Assembly (NCBI RefSeq): GCF_009914755.1
Contig: NC_060945.1
Reading direction: 5' to 3' (one strand)
DNA length: 64,000 bases
Origin: the human T2T-CHM13v2.0 reference genome, Homo sapiens
Shown: one piece after another, positions 12,372-24,067 of the stretch
Position numbering within the stretch: the stretch's first letter is position 1
Layout: each line of letters opens with the position of its first letter
The notes under the pieces: model-generated
Seen by the model: the letters and a program-made list of their open reading frames with translations, nothing else
Database searches by the model: none
What the model was told of the DNA's origin: nothing
Translations under genes and position numbers: made by a program

Positions 12372-13590
12372 AGTTTTTTAATTTCAGGGACCCGGAAACA
12401 TACAGCCCCGTGCATTCACAATAGCATTTGCTGTGATAAAGTGGCCGGCAAGCCCTCTGCATTCCCCTGCTCACTTAGCTGTATGAATAAATAATGAGTC
12501 ACAGATACAATTTGGGTGCTCAAGAGAGTTTGTAGCCAGAAAATTAATTATTCTCCCATCCCAGCCCACTCCATCTCAGCTTTGCCAAACCATCAAGATA
12601 CACTTTGCAGGCACTGGTCAGAGTGCGTGCCCCGACGCACACGGCAATGCCTTTGAGACATTTTATGTTATTATTTTTGTTTGTTTAAGCACAGCCCTCT
12701 TTTACCACGAAAGATACACAAGACGCACATGCACACACATACTCACACACTCACAGCTCAACCACAGCTTTGTCCATTTCAAGAGGCTGGTTTCAAAAAT
12801 GGAGACAGGTTTTCCACCCTGGCTGTTCCTATTCATAAGCCTGTAATCTAACGACTTAAGCTGCGAGAATGCTTAACTCGGGAAACTTCTCTATTGCCCT
12901 TTTCCAGAGAGACCTCGGTATGCCACAATTTGCTTCCTTTCTCTCTTGAAAGATGCTGGTTGTCTCTTTGCATTGAGGCTACAAGGAAAAACACAGCACA
13001 GCCCCATGCTGATGATTTTAACCTAACCAAGTCTGTCAGTCTCCTGTACTCTCTGCCTTATAGAGACAGCTGCCTTGCCACTTTGGCCCTGAAGTCCCCA
13101 GGCTGGTGCAAGGCTATCTGAGAGCCTCCGCCTCCTGCCCCACACTGGCACCAGCCCTCCTGGCTGGCTCTGTGCATGTGCCTGCTAAGCCCCAGGGCAG
13201 GCTGCATTCTGGGCCACACAGCATGCCGAGTTAAGGATAACTCAGACACAGGCATTCCGGGCAAGGGACAGCAAAATAAAACCCAGGGAGCTTCGTGCAA
13301 GCTTCATAATCTCTAAGCCTTTAAACAAGACCAGCACAACTTACTCGCACTTGACAAAGTTCTCACGCACCGACTGAACACTCCAACAGCATAACTAAGT
13401 ATTTATTAAAACATTTCTGAAGAGCTTCCATCTGATTAGTAAGTAATCCAATAGACTTGTAATCATATGCCTCAGTTTGAATTCCTCTCACAAACAAGAC
13501 AGGGAACCGGCAGGCACCGAGGCATCTCTGCACCGAGGTGAAACAAGCTGCCATTTCATTACAGGCAAAGCTGAGCAAAAGTAGATATTA

Positions 13591-13727
<137 letters not shown>

Positions 13728-13936
13728 CTTCGGAGCGAAAACCAAGACAGGTCACTGTTTCAGCCTCACCCCTCTAGCCCTACATCTCTCTTTCTTCTCC
13801 CCCCTGCTGGATACCTCTGGGACTCCCCAAGCCCTATTAAAAAATGCACCTTTGTAAAAACAAATATTCAAATTGTTAAAGATTAAAAAAAAAAAAAAAG
13901 CCAGCGCCGCCTTGGCTGTGGGTTGGTGATGCTCAC
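13728..13936 (-). other. RUNX1: RUNX1 P1 5'UTR mini-intron (209 nt, GT-AG)
   Basis: GTGAGC...CCGAAG boundaries between exon 1 and exon 2. Confidence 0.93.
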
Positions 13937-14067
13937 CACGCTGCGAAACCCTGTGGTTTGCATTCAGTGTGATTCGTCCTGCCTGCTGACCACTATGCTG
14001 GGTTCAGACTTCTGACACTGCCAGGCTACCCAACTTGTGGTTCTGTGGTTGTTTATGAGGCCCAAAG
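13937..14067 (-). other. RUNX1: RUNX1 exon 1 (non-coding, P1 5'UTR); TSS approximate
   Basis: The reverse complement begins CTTTGGGCCTCATAAACAACCACAGAACCACAAG, as in the recalled RUNX1c mRNA 5' end, and ends CAGCGTG|GTGAGC (donor at 13936). Confidence 0.93.
14034..14051 (-). promoter_or_regulatory. Tandem RUNX binding sites (CAACCACAGAACCACAAG), P1 autoregulatory element
   Basis: TGTGGT at 14036-14041 and 14044-14049, with a third site at 13952-13957. This 18-mer is a known feature shared by RUNX-family P1 5'UTRs. Confidence 0.92.
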
Positions 14068-14700
14068 AAGTTTTCACACAACCCAAATTACAAATTTAAC
14101 TGTTCCCCTTTCCACAGCCCATCTCAATTGGTTCTTGCCAATCATGTGACTTAAGTGATGTCAATTTTTTTTTTCTTTTCTGAGCAATGCCCTTCCTTCC
14201 CTCCACCTGCCCTCCCCCAGGCTGTGCAAGAAAATAGCCGAGTAGACTTTGCAAGAGGGGGGGATGTAGAAAAAAGTGACTCAGTCACTTATTATATCTC
14301 AATGGTCTTTGCTGATTTAGTACAACTCGGCTCCTGTTGTTATTTGTGGTTTTTGGAACTACTGATTATTTTGATAAAGATTTCATTGCTGCTTATTCAA
14401 TAGTAATTCAACGCTGGCATCAAGCCGCTGCTCCGACAGGATGTGGATCCCATCATTTAAAATGCTAGGCATCAGCTCCGGGAGAGTTAAGTCCTTGGTA
14501 ACGTCTATCATGGCATAAGTGAAACTATAAAAGGGAAAAATAAATAAAAAGAAATGTTTTGGTGAGAGTCTGACCCCTACAACGGGCTGGCAACTCACAG
14601 GTATTTTAAAGCCTGGGAAAGGGAAAGAATTTTACTTTTGAAATAAAAGGACTGTTTTAATGAAACCAAAATTATGTGGTTTTATTCCCCCTAAATGGAC
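14068..14700 (-). promoter_or_regulatory. RUNX1: RUNX1 P1 (distal) proximal promoter
   Basis: Immediately upstream of exon 1. Opposed CCAAT boxes (14127-14131, 14138-14142), TCATGTGAC E-box (14142-14150), TGATGTCA (14156-14163), AP-1 TGACTCA (14277-14283), RUNX TGTGGT (14345-14350, 14675-14680). Not a CpG island. Confidence 0.88.
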
Positions 14701-14751
14701 AACTTTAGTATGTATCTCTTTCAGTAAAGAGATAAAATCATAGTACAGTCT

Positions 14752-14754
<3 letters not shown>

Positions 14755-14792
<38 letters not shown>
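14755..14792. repeat. (CA)19 microsatellite about 0.7 kb upstream of the P1 TSS
   Basis: Read directly from the sequence. Confidence 0.97.
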
Positions 14793-14794
<2 letters not shown>

Positions 14795-16172
14795 TTAGGA
14801 AGCTAAAGGAAAACAAAGCAGAGAGAATTTCTGTATTTGGGACAAAGCAGTGGTTACTCTGCAGATGTTTATTTGTATTGTCACTTGGGAAAGCTCCCTG
14901 TATTGCCTTTCTCTAGTTCAATTCAAATCAATAGGCTAATTTACACCTGTAGGTAAAACTACACTTTGAGCACATGAGGATGCCACAATAGAAGGGGAAC
15001 CAGGAGGAGACACTTCTCCTGGGGCTGACTAATGAATATTATATAGCGCGTCCTCTACCTTAGAAAGACATGCCTGTTTGAAGATGCTAAAAACAGGATA
15101 ATTTTGTAAGTGGGCAAACCACTGTGGTCACACGTATTTCATTTTCCGGCCCCACTGGCTTTACCTGCTGACAACTAAAACGTCATTTTGTTTTGTAGTT
15201 CCAAGATGAAGAAAGGCTTATTTTCCTGATTTACTACCTTATTCATTTGGCTCTGCTCTGCCTACATCCGCCATAGCACTCTGCGCACGTGAAATTTCGA
15301 CACATAGGGTCAAGAGAACCTGTGTGATGATGGGTTGTAAATGCCAGTCCTGGATTCTAAGCTGCAGTAGCCAGCACAGGCACTTCAGAAAGGCTGAACT
15401 CCCACAACACTCCCTCGGTTTTCCCTCATCCACTTAATTTCACACACACAAAGACCCACAACGATAGTAGCTTCCATGGCACAAGTCTTTCAAAAGGAAC
15501 AGACACAATTTTTACTTACTCCTGTTTTGACTAAAGCAGGAATTGAAACTCAACAGACCGCTTTCTCTTACACTTGTGAGAAGTTAGCTGGCCACATGTT
15601 GACACTGCTAACATCTAAAAAAGAATAATAGTGCTACATCTCTTTTATGAGGCTCGTGAATCTTTAAATGTGATGCGTGTTTCATATTGCTTCTCAGTGC
15701 AAATCCCCTGTGAACATAATGAACATAATGGGCCTGTGTTGTTACCCTCCCTAATAAAGTCAAGCCTGAGTTGAACCCCAAACCAGGTTCATTTTTCTCT
15801 CCCACACTTAATATTCCCTGGAAGGGCCCTAAGAGCCGAGGGCTGTAATGTGCAGCTGCCACTGCAGAGTCGACTCACACTTAATAATGACTTAGCAATT
15901 CAAGGGGCCATACAGAATATCCTTGGGAGATTTAATTTTAGAAACTCCCCAGATGCTTTTAGCCTTAGGTGTCCAGATGCTTAGGAGAAGGGTTTGGATG
16001 AGGCAGTGAACGGCCTGAATTCTCAACTTTTCTCTTTGGGCCTAGCTCTAGCCAGATATCTATTTCTTCCAGTGGGGTCTTTGTAGGACAGGTTAGAGTG
16101 TAAAGACACTCTAAGGCTGGGGCTCGTTGAAGCCTCACTATACGCTGTCATCTTCGGGACTGAGGTTTCAAC

Positions 16173-16191
16173 AGGGCACCAGGGGGCAGAA
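16173..16191 (+). promoter_or_regulatory. CTCF motif about 2.1 kb upstream of P1
   Basis: AGGGCACCAGGGGGCAGAA closely matches the CTCF core CCACCAGGGGGCGC and sits in a locally CpG-richer unique patch. Confidence 0.7.
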
Positions 16192-17234
16192 TACAAAGGC
16201 CTGCACGCTGGCCCTGCACGGCCTTCCTGGGCGGGGTTAACAGCCACGGCAGCCGCAGCATAACTTCGCAGCTTGGTGAGGCAACAGTTGGAGCTTTTCT
16301 GGGCACCCTCCAGGTCATGACAATAAGTAAAGCCTCAGCCAGCTGCTGGTGAACTTGGCCTTACCACTTCCCTAGGAGCCCAAGACAAAAGGGCACGTCT
16401 GTCATCAATGAACCGCCTGGAGAAATACTTAATCCTAACTTAACTAGAACGGTTTAGGACTCTTTAAGTTTGTGTATTGACCCACACCCTCTGTCCTAGT
16501 TCCTGCAAGTGACTCAGACCCTGGGTTTCTGGCTTGGGGATTGTACCCAAGAGTCTGCAGTGGACTGTGGCTTTGCCAAGGAATTGGATGACAGTTTTCA
16601 TTCTCGCTCATATTGGCTGCAGCTTCTAAATGCCACCATGGGTGGGGGGGCGGGGTGGGGAGAAAATGCTCAGGTGTCTTTTTTAATGGCCCTATGAAAA
16701 TACTAGAAAGGGTTGACAGATGTTTACCTGCATAACCCTGTAATTAATGTATAGACTTCTGTGTGCAGTCCAATCCAATCAAAGCACCCTCTGTTAGGGA
16801 TATTCATTACATGATTGCCGCATGCTATCTCTGAACTCCACATGTCTATTATAAAGTAGATTCTCTGGCCAGAAAATGGAGGCAGAGATGGACCACCCAA
16901 ATTGGATGGAGTCTAAAATCCCAGGAGGACAATGCTACTGAATTTTCTCTATGTAGCGTGGATTTTCCTTATTTTCTAAATCTGTTTTCTAACAGATGTC
17001 CTATCCAGAAACTTCCATGCTATGCTGACAGTGAGGTCAGGGATGATTTTTAAATTGGGACGTAGACATCAAAGCTTCATGGGATGACTATAACCTGCTT
17101 TTGGCAAATCCAATGGTTTGAGACAGCTAGGGAGCCCTAGAAGCCCAGCTATTAAAGATGTTCTTTCCTGGACACTCATGATGGTGCCCACACAGGACAC
17201 ATCTCTCTTCCGCACAGGCCTCTCACTTCTTTAG

Positions 17235-17562
<328 letters not shown>

Positions 17563-17779
17563 TCAGTATTTACTTCTTAACCTTTCCTAGATGAAGAGGT
17601 ATTGTTGGGGAAATATGATTTCAAAAGGAAAAAAGAAAGAAAAAAGGCAGACATTGAAACCAACCTGCCACTTGAATGTTATGTAATGATATGAAGAGCA
17701 GCTAGGGAGAATTATTTCAAATGAAAGAGTTTCAACTGCTTCCTCCTCTGCTTGCAGACTGCAGGTGAGCAGTGTCGAT

Positions 17780-17902
17780 GGCACCCAGGAACTTGTTGAG
17801 ACTCTGCATTGCGGGCTGTATCCCAGGCCTACTGAATGAGAATCTGTATTTTTACAGTTCCTCGGGTGATTCTATACACATTAAAGTTTGAGAAACATTG
17901 CT
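17780..17902. mobile_element. MER5-like hAT-Charlie DNA transposon remnant
   Basis: CCTACTGAATGAGAATCTG...GGTGATTCT...AAAGTTTGAGAAACATTG terminus. Confidence 0.7.
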
Positions 17903-19829
17903 GAGGAAAGCCTTGCATCTATTGGAATTTAGTAGAGAAATAATAACATGGTGTTTGCATTCTTTGAGATGTCTTTTTCTTCCTTTGAGCTTTCTGAAAC
18001 TTTTCTACTTTGTTGCTCTGACATAATTTTGTAAGCCCTGGATGTTTCTAGACAGCAGAAACCCACAAGAGGCAAGGCCCACGTCCTCTAAGGTAGCATT
18101 TTCTTGGATTGTCACTCGGACCTCTCATCTCAAGTGCCGTGTTTGGGTCAAGTTTACAGTCTGAGGTTTGACACACAATGTAGGGAGGCTCTCCCTGTGC
18201 TCCATCTGCCTAGCTGGTGGCCATGTGTATATAAACAGAAGGCTTTTTCCTCTGGGGGCACCAGACTCTCAGTTTTCACCTAGTCTGCAGTTTGGAAACA
18301 CATTAATCCTGTGAGTTCTTCCAGACACACAGCACGTGTCCACGTGGCAGGCAGCGTCGCAGGTGGCCTTGCAGTCCTGCCATGGGCTGTCCCCCTCCCA
18401 GAGGGTTGCCTGGCCCCGCTCTCCAGCCACTGCCTTGCCGAGGTCATGCCCTCCTTTGCTGCAAAAGAAAGGGCCCACTCTTGAATTGTGCTTCCTTGGA
18501 ACAGCCAAGCCTCCCAGGTTCCAGAGGCTCCATTTGTGCAGGCACCCAGGGGTTTGGCTACTTCTCTCAGACGCATCTGGGTCCTTTCAGGCTGCTCTGG
18601 GCCAGAAAGCTTGTTTAAAATAGCTTCTCCTTACAGAGTTTTGGCCCTTCTGCTTCTGGTGGCATTTGAAACCAGGAGGGTAAAACTGGAAAACTTAAAC
18701 AAACCCTCTTTGAATGTTAGAAATGTTCAGCATTCGAGGTTTGGTCAAATGATGGAAAACATTCCGGGTTGGTACTGAACTTTCCAGCCAGTTCCTCCAA
18801 CCTGACGCTAATTATAGCCTGAGATCCAGGCAGGGAAAGCAAAGGGAAATGAGGAAACTAAAATTACTTGGAGTTAGAGAAGCCAGAATTCATGTTGGTC
18901 AGATAGTGTACAATTCAATAGTTCAGTTTATGTGGCAAATAATGGTTAATGTCCCAAGTCTGATCAAAGCACCTGGATTCAGGAACTTTGCACTCTTATT
19001 GAAATGCTACTTCTTTTCCCTGGGGTAGGCAAATTACCAAACTTTCACATGGCTATTTAGAAACTAAAGCATAACACTGCCTTTTTCACTGGGGTGCTAT
19101 GAGGGTCAGTAACTGGACTATGCAAAGTGGTTTTGAATGGAACAAGAAAGAGATCTGTGGTTGACATTTCAATATGGAAACATCCAGTATGTGAATTTTA
19201 ATATCTGCACTTGCCAGGGATTATAAAGGCATGACTTTAGGGCCCTAACTGAGAGGACCCAGTAGGATCGAGCTGAAAATACCCTCTGTAGTTGGTGCTA
19301 CAGAGATCTTTAGTATTCACCACTTAATTTTTGAATTAAATGTTCCTTTGAAATAATAATACTCAGCTCTACAGATTCAGGCTAAAATTCTTTCAGATCC
19401 TCAAAATGTCCAAATCAAATAAAAATATCAACTCAACTGAGAAACAAAATATTGTACTTAAAATTGTGTGGTGTGTATTTTAATTTCCTCCTCTCTAAAT
19501 TCCCTTTCCTTCCTCTTGCCAGTATAGAAACTGGCTGGATTTTTGGAAGGAGAGCAGGAAGAATGATCTTGTCTATGTTCTGGTTCTGATTTCATTTCTT
19601 TCTCAAGTTTTTAGTTTATTCAAAGCAGAAGGAAGAAATCACCTTGTACCCCACATTAACGTAACTATAACTACCAGGATATGATCTTTCAAGCATTTGG
19701 GGCTGATTGTGAATGATCCACCACATAAAGCCATCACTGGCTCTTGAAATATATGTGGATGTATGTATATGTATTGTATATTATATATGATATTATATTA
19801 CACATATATGTATTACATATCATGTATAC

Positions 19830-20478
19830 TATTTATTTATTTATTTATTTTGGTAAGAATATTTAACATGAGATCTACCCTCTTAACCAATTTTCAAGTG
19901 TACAGTATTGTTAAAAATACTTATATATAGGCATTATGCTGTACATCACATCTCTAGAAAGTAGTCATCACGTCTAATTAAAACTATGCCAACCGAGCAA
20001 TTTCAGATTTCTCCCTCCTCTCCTGGTAACTTCTGTTCCACTTGCTAATTCCATGAGTTTGACTATTTTAGATACCTCATATTAAGTAATATCATGCAGT
20101 ATGTATCCTTCCATGGCTGACTTATTTCACTTAGCATAATGTTCTCCAGGTTCATCTATGTTGTTGCATATTGCTATACTTCCTCCTTTTTTAAGGCTGA
20201 ATAATTCCACTATATGCATATAACCATATTTTCTTAATTCACTCATCTGCCAATGGACATTTAGGTTTTTTCCACATTTTGCCTATTGTGAATAGTGCTG
20301 CAATGAACTTGGGAGTATAAAGAAATATCTCTTTGAGATCCTGATTTCAATTCTTTCGAATAAATACCCAGAAGTGGGATTCCTGGATCATATAGTAGTT
20401 TTATTTTTAATTTTTGAGAAACCTTCACATTGTTGTCCATAGCAGTTGTACCATTTTGCATTCCCACTAACAAGTATA
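19830..20478 (-). mobile_element. L1MA (L1MA9-like) 3' end
   Basis: TTTAACATGAGATCTACCCTCTTAAC, CTTATTTCACTTAGCATAATGTTCTCCAGGTTCATC and ATACCCAGAAGTGGGATT. Confidence 0.85.
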
Positions 20479-21506
20479 ATATGTGTGTGTGTATAATGTT
20501 TGTGTGTGTATATATGTATGTATATACACACATATGAAATCAAATATATACTAATTGAAGATACTGTTTCACACACAAGGCTTGTATCTGAGATACTAAT
20601 CCTTCCAGGATAAGATAATTTGGAGAATTAGCAAGCATTAGCAGAACTAAAGCATTATTTGGAGTAAAAAGGAAGAGTATTCTTCTGGTTTCCATAGTCA
20701 GAGGGCAATGCTATTTGTGTGCCAGACACATCAGAGCTATAAAGGCCTTCGATTATTGTGGAATATTACTTTTAGTTGGTCTCCCTGTGCTTTTTTCACA
20801 TTTTAGCATTGTTCATAATTCTCTAACTTTATATTGAAAATGAAGTCCCAAGGATATTATCTTTTGCCCACATGGACTGCATAGTGTGTGAACTGAGCCT
20901 TCAGACCTTACTCAGACTCAGAGTTGATGCTGAACAGACATTAGGGGGTTTCAGAAATTACCTGCAGCTCTTAAAGAAATTCTGAGCTACTTGGAAATTT
21001 TATTTCTTATGTCTGCATTAGTACTGTCATCAATGAACAGAAGTTCATGGAGCGTGCACTGTCAAATTTTGCAGGTGATCTTCAACCTATTCCTGTGGTG
21101 CTTTTGTGTTTAAACAAAGAATCCCATCATTATCCTTTTGATTGGTCTCACTTGCCAATTTCTGCTACTTTTAAATCACATTTCCATGATTGATGGACCT
21201 CTTTTCTATCTACCCCTCTATATTTGCTATGGCCATACCTATTTACGTGTGTACACATACACACACACACACACACACGTGTATATGTGTATACATATAC
21301 ATATGTATGTATGTGTGTATTTAGCTTTATCTTCTCCTCAAAACCTAACTCTAAGAGCCCTTCCTCCATTTCCTTATCTATTAGAGTTTACATTTGGGTC
21401 TGTCCCCCCACACCCTGCTTGGGCTCATGATTTTTATGCTTTTATATAATTAGTGTGTAGCATGCTCCAAGGATCATAGCAACATTGCTTTCCTGTGATC
21501 CTATAA

Positions 21507-21809
<303 letters not shown>

Positions 21810-22135
21810 TCCTATAATTCTTTTATTATTGCAACATAAATTTACTTGTCTTAATCTTAGGTAGAATTATTCAGTTCCCCCTTTATCCCTGCATTGTTTA
21901 TCTCTTCTGATCTTTTTCCTGGGCCTTACCAAATATCAGGAACACCCCACTTTCTCTGCAACCTTATATATTTCACTGAGTATTTATTGAGTACTCAATT
22001 ATTTCACTGAGTATTTATTTTCTAGCCATGGACAAGATGAACCTGGTTGGTTATACTTAGAAGAAGGTTTACAGTCTTATAAGCCATTCACATTGGAAAT
22101 GAATGAATAGCAAATACTGAAAGCACAGGTATGGC

Positions 22136-22298
22136 CAGGATTAAAACTAGGGTAAGGTGAGTGAGGCTCCCAGGATGCAAAATTTAAAGAGGCATCGACT
22201 CTCAGTGTCGACCCCGTGTCGCACAACCTGAAGGGTGAGGGCTTCCTTAAATTTTGCACCTTAGGTGCCTCTCTTGCCTTGCCATTGTCCTGACCTTG
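22136..22298. mobile_element. MER91A-like palindromic hAT MITE with perfect 8-bp TSD
   Basis: Self-complementary arms (TGCAAAATTTAA...TTAAATTTTGCA); TSD GGTATGGC at 22128-22135 and 22299-22306. Confidence 0.88.
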
Positions 22299-23024
22299 GG
22301 TATGGCTCATGAAACTAAGCAGAGACCATGAGCTGGGCAGAGGGCGGTGTCTGAGTCAGGAAGGGGTTTTGTGGCTGAAAAACTTGTAGCCACAAAATAA
22401 TGGAGTCCTGAGCTGGACCTTGACAACATATGCAAGTTTCATTTTGTCTGTACTAGACGTGTACAGTTTTGACCGACAAAAGAACAGGGGGAGGAGAAAG
22501 AAGGGGAAGGGCTATGAGGTGAAAGGCAGATCAGAAATAAGCCCAGCTTGGAAGAAAGTGAGGATCCCAACCTGGCAGAGAAAGAGGAGCTGATGAAGGA
22601 GACTAGAGAAGGACCCGTCTGGAAATACAGAACTTGGTCCAAGTAAAGGAGGACCTTGAAGGTCAGGCTGACAAATTTGCTTTTATTCTGTGCATAATGG
22701 GGAGTCACCAAAACCCAGGAAAGTGAGGGGATGAAATCAGAACTTTTGGAAAATTGATCCAGTAGTGGCATCTATGATTATTTGATTAATCTATTGACTC
22801 TTGATAGCAGAGGTCTTGGCTATTTTTGCTCATTACTGTATCTCCAGCATCTATCACTGTGTTTGATATGCAGAAACTTTTTGATGAATGAATTAATGGA
22901 TAAATGGATGGATGAGGCTTTATTAGGACTAGAGGCTGGGGAACCAGAGGTTGTAGTATTCAGCTATGGAGTAACGAGCTCCTTAACTAAGGATGTGGGT
23001 AGCAGGAATGGAAAGCAATGGGAC

Positions 23025-23478
23025 TGTGATAGTTGACTGCATTAAGAGCCTCAGTTTTTTGGACCTCCTTGTAATCTTTCCCTTTGCCCTGTAACTGTGG
23101 TCTCATCCCACTCTGACCCTGAGCTTGGCCTTATGACTTGCTTTGGGACAGTCACAAACTTGATGTAACCAGAGGCTTAAAATGGAAAAGTGCTTCCACA
23201 TCAGAATATGCTGGGCTGGTGTATGGGAAGGTGAGACACATGGAAGACAAGAGCCAGTCTTCCCAGCTGAGGCTATCCTAGACCAGCTGATAGCTAGCTG
23301 ACCACTGGCCACTTAACTGAGCTCCAGCCCAATGTAGAAGAACTGGCCAGCCAAACCCAGCCATGACCAGCAGACTGCCTTGCTTTCTCATAGAAACACG
23401 ATCAATAATACAGGATTGTTGTTTCAAGCCATAGAGTTATTGGGTGGCTTGTAAGACTGAATTATTGTGGCAATAGTT
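23025..23478 (+). mobile_element. MaLR LTR (MLT1H-like)
   Basis: GCTTGGCCTTATGACTTGCTTTGG and a TTGTTGTTTCAAGCCA...GTGGCAATAG end. Confidence 0.7.
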
Positions 23479-24067
23479 CCTGCAGAAGAGGTAGAGATTC
23501 TGAAAGCATCAGAATGGAGCTGCAGCTGTGGCTGCAAGACTGAGTCAGTTAATTTGCAAAGTAAAAGAGAATATAAAACTGAAGGTGGGGAATGAATAAA
23601 AGAAAGGAGTAGGAGGAGAAAGGAGCCAGAGGAAGGCTGGCAAGTGAAGTAGGACAAAGATAAAGGGAGTACAGTGCAAGCCAAGGGAGGAAGAATTGTC
23701 AAGGGAGGGAAGGGAAACAGAGTTAGATGCTGAAAACAGAGAGGCATGAAAAACAAAGACTATGGAAAGGTCAACAGATTTGATAAGAAAGAGTTACTTG
23801 AGGTCTGTTCCTTCATGACACCTCATCAGACTAAACAGAAGGGTGACATCCAATTTTGCTGGCATGCAGATGAGCAGTTCTTCCTCTGCTTGAATAGAAA
23901 GTTAATATGAAGTTAATGATTACTCTTTTGATGTTGTTCGAATATATATGTTGATTATATGGCTTTTCTGTTTCAATTTAATTCAAAAATATTAATATAG
24001 CATGTACTTGATAGAACAGAGATAAATTACATGTAAAGAAAGATTTTGAGTACTCCTTGTTCCTGCT

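Noticed and set aside
16632-16697. Perfect Kozak GCCACCATGG
   Set aside because: Opens only 19 low-complexity codons with no promoter or splice support; probably chance.
22136-22298. Long hairpin as a novel miRNA
   Set aside because: Fully explained by a palindromic MER91-type MITE with an 8-bp TSD; no expression evidence is available from sequence.
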